Below, one piece after another: positions 1 to 9,306 of a DNA stretch of 64,000 bases; the first letter of the stretch is position 1; the number at the start of each line of letters is the position of its first letter. The position numbers and the translations under genes are program-made. The notes below the pieces were generated by a model, which worked only from the letters and a program-made list of their open reading frames with translations, ran no database searches and was not told where the DNA came from. The stretch lies in assembly GCA_964556325.1 (NCBI GenBank), contig CAZKVS010000004.1, positions 2,439 through 66,438 on the forward strand, in the 5' to 3' direction. Origin of the DNA: an uncultured Candidatus Saccharibacteria bacterium (GTDB lineage Bacteria > Patescibacteriota > Doudnabacteria > UBA920).

Positions 1-79
1 CCACTTCTTGAGAGTTAACTCTCGTTATTTCAACTTAAAGTACTTACAGTATACCATATAATTTATCCCTCAGAAAATA

Positions 80-116
80 ACACACTCTTGTATGCATTTG
101 CATACAAGAGTGTGTG
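80..116. terminator. Inverted repeat, probable terminator of the pilin cluster
   Basis: ACACACTCTTGTATGC...GCATACAAGAGTGTGT hairpin downstream of 147..560. Confidence 0.55.
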
Positions 117-146
117 TATAAAATATTCAAAATAACCACCGAAATT

Positions 147-560
147 TTATACTCCTCCAGTGACACCAACATTGCTGAAATAGTTTGCCACCACGTTAGC
201 TAGGAAGTAAGCCAAGATAATTATGACCAAACCGATGATAGCGTTTATGATTGTATTTTTTCCCTTGGTAGCCCGATCTTCATTACCAGCAGAGGTAATG
301 TACAAGAAACCGCCAAAGATGATAAACAATACATCGAGCGCTAACGTAATACTAAGAACCCAATTAATGACAGTGAGGATGAGCAAATTTACATCCTTTA
401 CGTCATTACAGTTCAAGCCATTCAGCTTATCACAAATACCCCCCTGTCCTCCTCCTGGCAAAGCCGAAGCTTGTGCAATAGCAGGACCAGCAACCAAAGC
501 GACTACTAACATAAACTGCAACACTGCGGTCCAGTTTATTTTTTTAACAATTTGTTTCAA
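147..560 (-). CDS. CPR-type pilin (TrbC/VirB2-like membrane pilin)
   Basis: Signal peptide plus the motif IIFGGFLYITSAGNEDRATKGKNTIINAIIGLVIIILAY. Confidence 0.8.
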   Translation of the reverse strand: MKQIVKKINWTAVLQFMLVVALVAGPAIAQASALPGGGQGGICDKLNGLNCNDVKDVNLLILTVINWVLSITLALDVLFIIFGGFLYITSAGNEDRATKGKNTIINAIIGLVIIILAYFLANVVANYFSNVGVTGGV

Positions 561-681
561 GTCTTATATACCTTTCACGTACCAAGAGCCACCTCTTAGT
601 GCGCCATTACATTACAGTTAGTATACCATACACTATCGAGGCAATAATGGCCATGGGGCTACACACACTTTTGAGTAATAC

Positions 682-1371
682 CTAAAACACACTCCCTGTT
701 GTAGCCAAGCGCACTACTACAGTAACAATTGCATAGGCAAACAAGACTAAGCCTAAACCAATAATTGCCCACTTGATTGTTTTCTTTCCACTTTCTGCTT
801 TTTTATCATCACCGCTTGAGGTCATGTACTGATAACCACCAATAACGATGAACAAAATAGCCAACGCGCCTGCCAACCCAAACCCAATTCTGGTTGCTCT
901 CTGAATTGCCTCACCCGGTGTATAACAATTCGCCGCTAAGGGTCCTGGAGTACCCCCTCCAAAATCTATAAAATTTTGTGACAACTGACCACACTCCGCA
1001 GCCGGCTGAGTGGTAGTGGTGGTTTGGTTTACGCATGGCCCTTGTTGACTTACGGTTGGCACCAGCGCATGCCAAGTTTCCGGCCCCACTGCACCCTCTG
1101 TACAATTTAAGGGAATACTTTGTTGAAACCTCTGAACGGCTACCCGCGTTGCTTCATCGAAGCTGGGGTTAGCGGCGTCCAAAGGAGGCGTGGCAAAGTT
1201 ACGCGTATTCATTTCCCATTTCACATATTGTACGCATTGATTACTGTCCCCAACTTTTATTTGTGGGTATCCGGCACAGGTATAGGGATTAGTCGCGGCA
1301 AATGCGGGAGCTGCTAACAAAAGACTTAATCCGAGAGTAGCCACTAATACTTTGCATTTATATATAAACAT
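682..1371 (-). CDS. CPR-type pilin with N-terminal peptidoglycan-binding (PG_binding_1-like) domain
   Basis: IKVGDSNQCVQYVK...FDEATRVAVQRFQ...GAVGPETWHAL, followed by pilin motif IGGYQYMTSSGDDKKAESGKKTIKWAIIGL. Confidence 0.75.
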   Translation of the reverse strand: MFIYKCKVLVATLGLSLLLAAPAFAATNPYTCAGYPQIKVGDSNQCVQYVKWEMNTRNFATPPLDAANPSFDEATRVAVQRFQQSIPLNCTEGAVGPETWHALVPTVSQQGPCVNQTTTTTQPAAECGQLSQNFIDFGGGTPGPLAANCYTPGEAIQRATRIGFGLAGALAILFIVIGGYQYMTSSGDDKKAESGKKTIKWAIIGLGLVLFAYAIVTVVVRLATTGSVF

Positions 1372-1386
1372 GCCTTTATAAAACTC

Positions 1387-1791
1387 TTATTTTCTTCCAA
1401 TCAAACTCTGCACCATAGCAATGACAGAGAACGACATGAGAGCAACCACAAGACCAAGCACAGCCCACTGTATAGTTTGCTTTCCTGCCGTCACCGCTTT
1501 CTCATTACCGGCTGAAGTTACCATGCGCACCGCACCAATTATTATAAACAATACCGACAAGGAACCAACCATGATAAGCAAAAACCGAATAAGCGCAACT
1601 ATTAACTCGCCTAAACTGTTATAACTAATTGGGTTTACAATCTGCCCCTCAGTTACTACCGGAGCACTGGCGACTTGCGCGATAGCCGCATGAGGAAAAA
1701 ATACCCCCAACGCAGCTACTACAAACAAACTTGCAAAGGCTATCTGCTTTGTATATTTCATAAGCAAATTATTGTGGCTTAATAAGGTCAT
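1387..1791 (-). CDS. CPR-type pilin (start probably near 1761)
   Basis: IIIGAVRMVTSAGNEKAVTAGKQTIQWAVLGL motif. Confidence 0.8.
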   Translation of the reverse strand: MTLLSHNNLLMKYTKQIAFASLFVVAALGVFFPHAAIAQVASAPVVTEGQIVNPISYNSLGELIVALIRFLLIMVGSLSVLFIIIGAVRMVTSAGNEKAVTAGKQTIQWAVLGLVVALMSFSVIAMVQSLIGRK

Positions 1792-2236
1792 TTGAATGGT
1801 TGTTAGGGTCAGTAAAGCTACCAGGGTCTTTCAGTATATTTCCGCCTTGGGAGTAGCCAACGACCACAAAGATAGTTTGTACCAACACGTAAGAAACGAG
1901 GATGACCGCAAGACCTATGAGAGAATTGGTCACCGCTTTTTTACCAGCGGCCTGCCCCGAAGGATTACCCGCCGAAGTAACCATTAAAAAGCCACCATAC
2001 ACCACTCCTCCGGTAGCCACTACGGCCGCACCAGAAAACAAGTATGTCACCAACCGTGCTGCGGTACTGAATAAATCTCCCAGTTTACAACCACTGGCAG
2101 CATCGCCGGTAGTCTCGTTGCCGCACGTCACTAAAGCTGCCTGTGCGTGCGGGGCTACCCGCAACAGCACCCCGCTCATAAGCGTGACGGCTACTGTAGA
2201 CAAAACAATGGCATACAAAAAGTGTCTCATAAGCAA
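1769..2236 (-). CDS. CPR-type pilin
   Basis: VYGGFLMVTSAGNPSGQAAGKKAVTNSLIGL motif; N-terminal Cys pair. Confidence 0.8.
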   Translation of the reverse strand: MLMRHFLYAIVLSTVAVTLMSGVLLRVAPHAQAALVTCGNETTGDAASGCKLGDLFSTAARLVTYLFSGAAVVATGGVVYGGFLMVTSAGNPSGQAAGKKAVTNSLIGLAVILVSYVLVQTIFVVVGYSQGGNILKDPGSFTDPNNHSNDLIKPQ

Positions 2237-2251
2237 TAGGTAAAAAATAAT

Positions 2252-3562
2252 TTAAGGACGCGGAATAGTAATTGCTCCAGCCTGACTTAATGCCTGGCCT
2301 AATGCTGTGCCGGCATCTATACCCCGAAGAGTCACATCGTCCAGCATTTTGGAAATAAGCGCGTCCACCTTTCTTTGATCAGGTCGATAAAAATTCTTCG
2401 CAGTTAAATTCGCATGAGCAAACACCCCAATATCTGGATCTTGTGTCTGCAATTCAATCAAGTCTTTACGACTCGAGGGTAACTTATGCGCAGCATAATA
2501 CTGATCAAGAGCCGCTTTGTCGCTAATAGTCTTCAAAAACTCCCAAGCACCATCCGTACTCTTACTCTGCTTGCTCACTACATAACCCCAATAATTAGCA
2601 AAATTAACTTCCGGATTATCTAAGTCCGGCTGGGGTACCGGAGCCACATCAAAGTTCAGGTTAGAAGCTTTTTGCTGGATAAGCTGACGTGCATACGAAT
2701 AGTCAATTATCATTGCAGCCCGGCCATTAGCAAACGCGTCTATAGAATAGTCGCTCTTGGTATTCCAGGTATAGTTGCGACTAACAGGATTTGAAAAGCC
2801 AGTATAAAAATTTATAGCATCAACTGCGGGCTGACTACTCACCCCGCTCGGGGCGGGTTGACCGAATAAAGGAGAACTTCCATCAGGCGACCAAGACTGT
2901 CCCCCTTTTTGCAATTGGAACAAATAAAACAGGTCTTCCGCTCGATGAATCTGACCTCCGGGAGCGGTACTAGAAAGACCCAGTGCTACCCCACTTCGAT
3001 TAAAATAGCCCAATTGACTCTGACGTGTGAGCTTCTGTGTATCTCGTTGTAGCTCATCCCAGGTTTTTGGGGGGGTTGCTATTCCAGCAGAACCTAAAAG
3101 GTCTTTATTATAGTACAAAGCTAAACTATCTACATAGTTTGCAGTACCGTATATCTTTCTGTCTCGCACAAAGTCATTCACCACTACATCCACAAAAGCA
3201 TTCTTGTAGTCTGTATAGTTCCATAAGGCCGCCGGAGCTGGCACAACCTTATCTAAATATTTCGGCAACCACGCATTATTAACTGTGAAAACGTCTGGAC
3301 CTTGGCCAGAGGCGAGCGCGTTTATCAAATCTTCTTCGTACGTCTCTACTGGTTTCACCACAAAAGAAACAGTGGAGCTTGGGTGCTTCTTCTGATAATA
3401 CGCCAATAAAGGCTGGAACTGGCTGCTATCCTCAAAGACTGACCACACCACCAGATTTACTGGCTTTGCACTTGGCGCGGCTCCACACCCTGAGAACACC
3501 AAAGCTATCAAAGCAAAGATGCTTATTTTTCCTAGCAAATTAGTTTTCAATTTTAATTTCAT
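2252..3562 (-). CDS. Extracellular solute-binding lipoprotein (sugar ABC SBP family)
   Basis: Lipobox FSGC; ALASGQGPDVF, LALYYNKDL, PKTWDEL and AFANGRAAM motifs. Confidence 0.85.
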   Translation of the reverse strand: MKLKLKTNLLGKISIFALIALVFSGCGAAPSAKPVNLVVWSVFEDSSQFQPLLAYYQKKHPSSTVSFVVKPVETYEEDLINALASGQGPDVFTVNNAWLPKYLDKVVPAPAALWNYTDYKNAFVDVVVNDFVRDRKIYGTANYVDSLALYYNKDLLGSAGIATPPKTWDELQRDTQKLTRQSQLGYFNRSGVALGLSSTAPGGQIHRAEDLFYLFQLQKGGQSWSPDGSSPLFGQPAPSGVSSQPAVDAINFYTGFSNPVSRNYTWNTKSDYSIDAFANGRAAMIIDYSYARQLIQQKASNLNFDVAPVPQPDLDNPEVNFANYWGYVVSKQSKSTDGAWEFLKTISDKAALDQYYAAHKLPSSRKDLIELQTQDPDIGVFAHANLTAKNFYRPDQRKVDALISKMLDDVTLRGIDAGTALGQALSQAGAITIPRP

Positions 3563-3602
3563 ATACAGAGCAATTATGTACTAACAATAGTATAGCAAAA
3601 AA

Positions 3603-3628
3603 TACCCCCGACTCCGAGTCGGGGGTAC
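3603..3628. repeat. Palindrome CCCCGACTCCGAGTCGGGG (REP-like or terminator); second copy at 23773-23791
   Basis: Perfect hairpin whose core recurs next to tRNA-Arg. Confidence 0.6.
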
Positions 3629-3643
3629 AAATCAAGCAATTGT

Positions 3644-4543
3644 CTACAAAGCTAGACTTTTTATATATTCTCTGAGTTCGTCTCGTAAATCGTCATGTAG
3701 CAAACCAAACTCAATCACTGTTTTAAGATACTCTAACTTATTACCGCAATCATGATACTTGCCGTTCTTAATCTCTATTGCGTGCACCGCTTTACTTTGT
3801 TCCAATAAAATATTGATACCGTCTGTATAATAGAGCTCTTGTCCTGCTACTTTATTTTTTTCCATTCGATACATTGCCTCTTGTATAGCGCCAATCATTT
3901 CAGGGCCAAATAAGAAGCCAGAAACCACTGCAAAATCAGAATCAATAACCCCAGGGCCAGGCTTCTCCACCATGCGCTCAACCTGCATAACCCCCTCAGC
4001 CACGCTATGACCATCAACATAGCCGTATCGTTTATAATCATCAGGAGAACTTCGGCGCACACTACTTAGTACTGCGCTTCCACCATATTGCTCGTAAGCA
4101 GCGACTAGTTGTTGACATCGAGTCGGCGTAGCTGTAATAAAATCATCGGCCCATAAAAACAAAAATGGATCGTCACCAATAAAGCTGCGCGCGTTCCAGA
4201 TGGGTGTTCCATTACCATACGGCCCTTTCTGACGGATGTAGATAAAATTTGCCAAATTAGCAATGCGGCGAACTTCATCCGCCTGCTCGTGTTTACCTGC
4301 CTCTTCTAAACGCTTTTCTAACTCAAAAGGATAATCAAAGTGGTCTTCTATACTGCGCTTATGCCAGCCCGTCACTATGGCCACCTCTTCAATACCTGCC
4401 GACACTACATCTTCTACTACATATTGAATAATAGGCTTATCTACTAAAGGGAGCATCTCTTTAGGCATTGCCTTGGTTGCAGGTAAAAAGCGAGTACCAA
4501 ACCCCGCTGCCGCTATAACCGCTTTTCTTACTTTTTGAGCCAT
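3644..4543 (-). CDS. galU: UTP-glucose-1-phosphate uridylyltransferase
   Basis: KAVIAAAGFGTRFLPATKAMPKEMLPLVDKP; VEKP; YHDCGNKLEY. Confidence 0.92.
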   Translation of the reverse strand: MAQKVRKAVIAAAGFGTRFLPATKAMPKEMLPLVDKPIIQYVVEDVVSAGIEEVAIVTGWHKRSIEDHFDYPFELEKRLEEAGKHEQADEVRRIANLANFIYIRQKGPYGNGTPIWNARSFIGDDPFLFLWADDFITATPTRCQQLVAAYEQYGGSAVLSSVRRSSPDDYKRYGYVDGHSVAEGVMQVERMVEKPGPGVIDSDFAVVSGFLFGPEMIGAIQEAMYRMEKNKVAGQELYYTDGINILLEQSKAVHAIEIKNGKYHDCGNKLEYLKTVIEFGLLHDDLRDELREYIKSLAL

Positions 4544-4651
4544 ATAAAATAGTTAATTCTCATATATATGATGTACTATGCACGAAAGACTGTCAAAGCG
4601 CACAAAGCCCCCATATACTATATAATATTGACAAGTAACTAAATTCCACCA

Positions 4652-6127
4652 ATGAATCCACGGACGAAAAATATACTCCATTCGTTCCTTCACAACACGT
4701 ACCTTCACATATTTTTACTCACCCTTATTATCGCCTGCGCACAATGGTATAATCGAAATATTTTCGGAGACCCAGATGCGCAATACCACCTCACCGTTGC
4801 CAAACTGATGCCACTGTGGCCCACCTCAACCGAATTCTTCTGGCTTCCGTTCACCAGCTGGGGAAGTGCGTACGCAGACCAACACTACTTATTCCATCTA
4901 CTGCTCAAACCATTTGCTCTGCTTAATAGCGGGCAAACAGTTATACTATTTGGATTCCTGATAAACATTCTGGGTTTTAACTGGCTACTCAAACAAGTTA
5001 CCGGTACAAACCGAGTCCCCTGGCTTTGGCTCTACACGCTCGGATCCGCCGATTTACTTACCCGAGTAAGTCTCATAAAAGCGGAAGCAACCGGTATGGT
5101 GTTCCTATATTTACTTACCGGGTTACTTATCAAACGAAAATGGTCATGGCTTTTACCCGTTATGACCCTCTATACGCTTTGGTACGGGGGGAGTACAGTT
5201 TTCTTGGTCATACTGGCTGCATACTGTGCAGTAGAATTTTTTCGCACAAGGACCATTTTACTTAAACCCATATATTGGACCCTTGGCGGACTCTTACTAG
5301 GACTCTTACTAGGTCCCTACAGGGCAACCCTCCCCGCGCTCTTGTATGACCAAATAACTCGGGCCGGCCTGCTCAGAGAAATACCAGGAGGAAATGAATG
5401 GTATAGCCAGCCCGCGGCGTTCCTACCGGACAATATTCTTGTCTTCTTGCCCTGGATAGCAAGCTTGTTTTTTCTTATAAAAGAAAAAAAATATGCAACT
5501 CGAACTCTCTGGTTTATATCTCTCAGCAGTTGCACGCTCTTTCTTCTCGCGCTTTACTCAAACCGCATAACACTCTATTGGATTCCGTACGGACTTCTAC
5601 TGACGGCTTCCATGCTTCCTCACCCCGTGGAGCAAGCATGGAAAAAATTATATACATCCACCGACCAAAAACTCAGAAAAATACTTATAGTAGCGTTATT
5701 AATCTTCGCTTGCCTGCGAGGAGTACAGAATTTTTTCAACATAACCTCAACCATTCATCGAATTGGCCTACCAATCGCCCGACTACGGAATGCGGCAAAC
5801 TGGCTCAATACCCACACACAACCCGGTGATGTCATTACCAATGTGTCATGGCATATATTCCCCGAGCTTTTCTACTGGAACACAAAAAACAGATACATCG
5901 CTGGCGAAGACCCTGCTTTTCTTTGGATTGCCGACTCTTCTCGATACACCATATGGAGCCAATTGGAGACACCTCTTTCACCCCAGGAGCTAGCAACGAG
6001 TATGACTGCATTCAATAGCAGCTGGCTTATTGCACCAAAAAGCCTTTACCAAAATTTACCCAAAAATTCCTATGTAGAGCAGGTGTATGAAGACAATGCT
6101 GTCCATATTATCCACCTAATCAAATAA
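4652..6127 (+). CDS. Polytopic membrane glycosyltransferase (GT-C-like)
   Basis: DPDAQYH motif after the first TM, many TM helices, EW motif and soluble C-terminal domain. Confidence 0.6.
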   Translation: MNPRTKNILHSFLHNTYLHIFLLTLIIACAQWYNRNIFGDPDAQYHLTVAKLMPLWPTSTEFFWLPFTSWGSAYADQHYLFHLLLKPFALLNSGQTVILFGFLINILGFNWLLKQVTGTNRVPWLWLYTLGSADLLTRVSLIKAEATGMVFLYLLTGLLIKRKWSWLLPVMTLYTLWYGGSTVFLVILAAYCAVEFFRTRTILLKPIYWTLGGLLLGLLLGPYRATLPALLYDQITRAGLLREIPGGNEWYSQPAAFLPDNILVFLPWIASLFFLIKEKKYATRTLWFISLSSCTLFLLALYSNRITLYWIPYGLLLTASMLPHPVEQAWKKLYTSTDQKLRKILIVALLIFACLRGVQNFFNITSTIHRIGLPIARLRNAANWLNTHTQPGDVITNVSWHIFPELFYWNTKNRYIAGEDPAFLWIADSSRYTIWSQLETPLSPQELATSMTAFNSSWLIAPKSLYQNLPKNSYVEQVYEDNAVHIIHLIK

Positions 6128-6130
6128 AGC

Positions 6131-7639
6131 CTAAGAAGTTTTAGGCCTATATTGAATACTCTCAGCCAAATGCTCTGAGTTTATATGTTCAAATCCGGAT
6201 AAATCCGCTATTGTCCGCGCAACTTTCAAAATTCTATGAATACTTCTACCAGAAAGTGCATATTTATCAGCTGCGGCAGAAAGTAAACTACTTTCAGTTT
6301 GGCCCAAAGCACAATACGTGCGTATTTCAACTACATTCATGTCGCTGTTGCTTTTGGCCTCACCGAGCCGTTGTGCTTGTACTCTACGAGCAGCAGATAC
6401 TCGAGCCGCAACCTGCTCAGACCGTTCGGAGCGAGTCACGGTATTTAATTTTTCATAAGACAAGCGAGGCACATTAATATGTATATCAATTCTATCCAAT
6501 AATGGGCCAGAAAGTTTCTTTTGATAATTATACACTTGCGTTGGTGTACACATACATCGCTTATCACCATCTCCAAAGTAACCGCAGGGGCAAGGGTTTT
6601 GAGCAGCTACAAGCATAAATTTAGCCGGAAACGTAAAGGTGTTTTTCGAACGAGAAACTGTAACAACACCGTCTTCAAGCGGCTGCCGCAAGGCTTCTAA
6701 TACATTGCGAGGGAACTCAGGGAGCTCATCTAAAAACAAAACACCTCTGTGCGCCAAGCTAATTTCTCCCGGCCGAGGGACACTGCCTCCTCCAACCAAC
6801 GCAACACTCGATGTGGTGTGATGAGGACTTCGTACGGGACGAGTCGTAACTACTCCCTTTGGGGGCAGCTGTCCCGCAATACTATATATCCTGGTCAGAT
6901 CCAAACACTCCAGCAAAGAAAGTGGAGGAAGTATTCCCGCCATTGCCCGGGCCAATAAAGTCTTGCCCGAACCAGGAGGACCTGACATAAGCACATTATG
7001 ACCACCACTTGAGGCAATTTCCAAAGCTCGTTTAGCCATTTCCTGGCCTGCTATGTCCGCAAGATCAAGACCTCCCGAAGCCACCTGTAAAAATGATTCT
7101 ACGGATACGGTGGGAACGGGCTGCATAAGACGCGTACCAAGTACGTGCAATAAAACTTGTTCGAGGTTTTGACACGCAAAGACGGCAACACCATTCACGA
7201 GCGCCGCCTCAGATGCGTTTGATTCCGGAACAAAGAGAGCCTTAACTCCCATACTTGCTGCTTTCAACGCGATGGGCAATATCCCAGAAACTGGACGAAC
7301 TGCCCCGTTTAATGCGAGCTCGCCTACAAACCACGAATCCTCCAAGGATAATACATACTGCTCCGAAGCTCCTACTATTGCAAGAGCAATTGGCAAATCA
7401 AACAAGGTCCCAATTTTCGGAGTATCAGCAGGAGCGAGATTAACAGATACTCTCGTTTGAGGATACTTGCACCCACTGTTCTTTAAGGCACTCCGCACCC
7501 TTTCTTTACTTTCTTGCACGGCTGCATCGGGCAATCCAACTATAATCGTAGCCGGTAGGCCGTTCGCAACATCAGCCTCTACCGTAATTGGCGCTGCTTC
7601 TAATCCCACTATTGTTGCAGTTGTTATATGGGCAACCAT
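6131..7639 (-). CDS. comM: YifB/ComM family Mg-chelatase-like AAA+ ATPase
   Basis: IVGLPDAAVQESKERV, GPPGSGKT, PGEISLAHRGVLFLDE, NPCPCG. Confidence 0.92.
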   Translation of the reverse strand: MVAHITTATIVGLEAAPITVEADVANGLPATIIVGLPDAAVQESKERVRSALKNSGCKYPQTRVSVNLAPADTPKIGTLFDLPIALAIVGASEQYVLSLEDSWFVGELALNGAVRPVSGILPIALKAASMGVKALFVPESNASEAALVNGVAVFACQNLEQVLLHVLGTRLMQPVPTVSVESFLQVASGGLDLADIAGQEMAKRALEIASSGGHNVLMSGPPGSGKTLLARAMAGILPPLSLLECLDLTRIYSIAGQLPPKGVVTTRPVRSPHHTTSSVALVGGGSVPRPGEISLAHRGVLFLDELPEFPRNVLEALRQPLEDGVVTVSRSKNTFTFPAKFMLVAAQNPCPCGYFGDGDKRCMCTPTQVYNYQKKLSGPLLDRIDIHINVPRLSYEKLNTVTRSERSEQVAARVSAARRVQAQRLGEAKSNSDMNVVEIRTYCALGQTESSLLSAAADKYALSGRSIHRILKVARTIADLSGFEHINSEHLAESIQYRPKTS

Positions 7640-7645
7640 GAATGC

Positions 7646-8167
7646 TCAGGAAATATTCTTAGCGTGATTTCGGAGCGAAGACAAACAAATAATACATATA
7701 CCTAAAACTATCCAAACATCTCCAAGGTTAAAATATCCGTTACCGAAATGGATAAAATCCCGCACATACCCAAAATATACTCTATCAAAAATATTAGCAA
7801 TGGCACCCACGCATACCATTAACCACGCAAAATTTATTACTGTACTATGTTCGCTCCAATTACCTATCATAAATCGCACCAAGGCGATTAAAACAACTCC
7901 ATATATACCATATATAAAAACGAGCGGCACCTTAAGGCTAAAGGCAAAGTCGTAATTTCGAAACTCAGAGAAGCTAAAACCCACGAGGGTCCCATCTCCA
8001 CACGCATGGGCAAAGCAGACAAAGCGAGTTGCCATGTCGACGCTCAATAGAATAACCAAAGCGAACAAAAAAACAGGCACCGTCCCTGCGTGAGACGATA
8101 TGCCTGTTATAGTATTGGCATAATTGCCTAAACCAAAACCAATTACTTTTTTTTTAACGATTGGCAT
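7646..8167 (-). CDS. lspA: Lipoprotein signal peptidase II
   Basis: GAIANIFDRVYFGYVRDFI...FNLGD catalytic motifs. Confidence 0.82.
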   Translation of the reverse strand: MPIVKKKVIGFGLGNYANTITGISSHAGTVPVFLFALVILLSVDMATRFVCFAHACGDGTLVGFSFSEFRNYDFAFSLKVPLVFIYGIYGVVLIALVRFMIGNWSEHSTVINFAWLMVCVGAIANIFDRVYFGYVRDFIHFGNGYFNLGDVWIVLGICIICLSSLRNHAKNIS

Positions 8168-8196
8168 AGGAAATACTCATCATAGTTGCAAACGCT

Positions 8197-8499
8197 CTAA
8201 ATAGCCCTGTCTGCATACGGATTCGCTTCGAGTCGTTCAGGAGGTATGTCCGCACCATCATCCCCCACCCCATACGTACCAGCATCAATTTTTTGCAAGG
8301 CAGTTTCAATTTTCAATAAATCCGCTTTAATAAGAGCAATAACATCCTGATTTGCTTCGTCTAGGGGCAACTCACCTGCAGCGTCCTCACCTTCCCCCAA
8401 TTCTGTATGAGGCGCGACGCCAGCCACCTCTTCCTGCAGTCTCTTTTGATCTGCAAGCAGTCGTTGTCGCATTTGTTCAATAAATTCTTGTGTAAGCAT
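8197..8499 (-). CDS. DksA/TraR-family protein lacking the zinc-finger cysteines
   Basis: Coiled coil plus IETALQKIDAGTYG...IPPERLEANPYA. Confidence 0.75.
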   Translation of the reverse strand: MLTQEFIEQMRQRLLADQKRLQEEVAGVAPHTELGEGEDAAGELPLDEANQDVIALIKADLLKIETALQKIDAGTYGVGDDGADIPPERLEANPYADRAI

Positions 8500-8599
8500 A
8501 TATGTAGTATATCATATTGATTTCTTTTTTCTCGCATAGAGTCAAGTTTAATTCACTTCATGCAAGAAAAAACCACAAAAAAAACGAACCTAGATATGA

Positions 8600-8652
8600 C
8601 AAAAGGCCCCTGCAAGGGAACCACGTTAAATAAAGTGTTCCGCAGAGGCCTA
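8600..8652 (-). terminator. Terminator-like hairpin ending the candidate ncRNA
   Basis: GGCCTCTGCGGAACAC...GTGGTTCCCTTGCAGGGGCC followed by TTTT on the minus strand. Confidence 0.55.
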
Positions 8653-9150
8653 TAGCCCCTAAAGCTTGAATCACTTTACGCGCGGTATTAAACTACTAAG
8701 CATTTGGTAGCTTAACACCGTGCGTAAGGCAATATTTTCGTCACTTTGAGGTTTTCTCAACTGTAAACAGATGAGATAGCGTCTGACATTCAAGTCTGTG
8801 CCAAACTGGACCTTAAGCTCCTCTTCTGGTGGGCTTCCACCTAAAATAAATTGTTCTTTTGATTTTTTGATTTTTGTTTGATGTGTTCACCTAAAATTTT
8901 GTTAGGAAAACTAGAACCTACATTTTTGTTTTTATTTTGTACAATCAGCTCGGACTTGACGAGCTATGACGAAGAGCTAAAGGAGAACTGAGCATAATGA
9001 GTAGAATAAAGAATTTGGAATAATGAATTTTGAAAAATTCTTTATTTATAATTCTGAATTCTAATTTTCGCGCAGGTTTCCTTCTTCCAATCTTATCCCT
9101 TATGTTGGGATTGGCACGTATTGATTTGTTAATGTGCTATTTAACTTACA
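8600..9150 (-). ncRNA. Candidate large structured non-coding RNA (~550 nt)
   Basis: No minus-strand ORF >=60 aa; TTGACA-17-TACAAT promoter upstream; many hairpins and long-range helices; ends in a hairpin plus U-tract. Confidence 0.55.
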
Positions 9151-9155
9151 TAGTA

Positions 9156-9184
9156 ATTGTAATTTTTAGCATCATTTATGTCAA
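9156..9184 (-). promoter_or_regulatory. Sigma70 promoter TTGACA-N17-TACAAT
   Basis: -35 at 9179-9184, -10 at 9156-9161, 17-nt spacer. Confidence 0.7.
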
Positions 9185-9306
9185 TGCAATGGTGTGTATA
9201 GAGTCTTATTTGCGCATATATCTAAGGAGAATACTTTTGAAAAAATTAAAATATCACTTCATCCACATTTTATGGTATGCAATCCACATGTGGATAAGTA
9301 GGCTAC

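Noticed and set aside
8600-9150. tmRNA, RNase P RNA or T-box identity for the large RNA candidate
   Set aside because: No tRNA-like ends, no GAGGAAAGUCC motif, and the T-box-like AGGTGGAAG is far from the terminator
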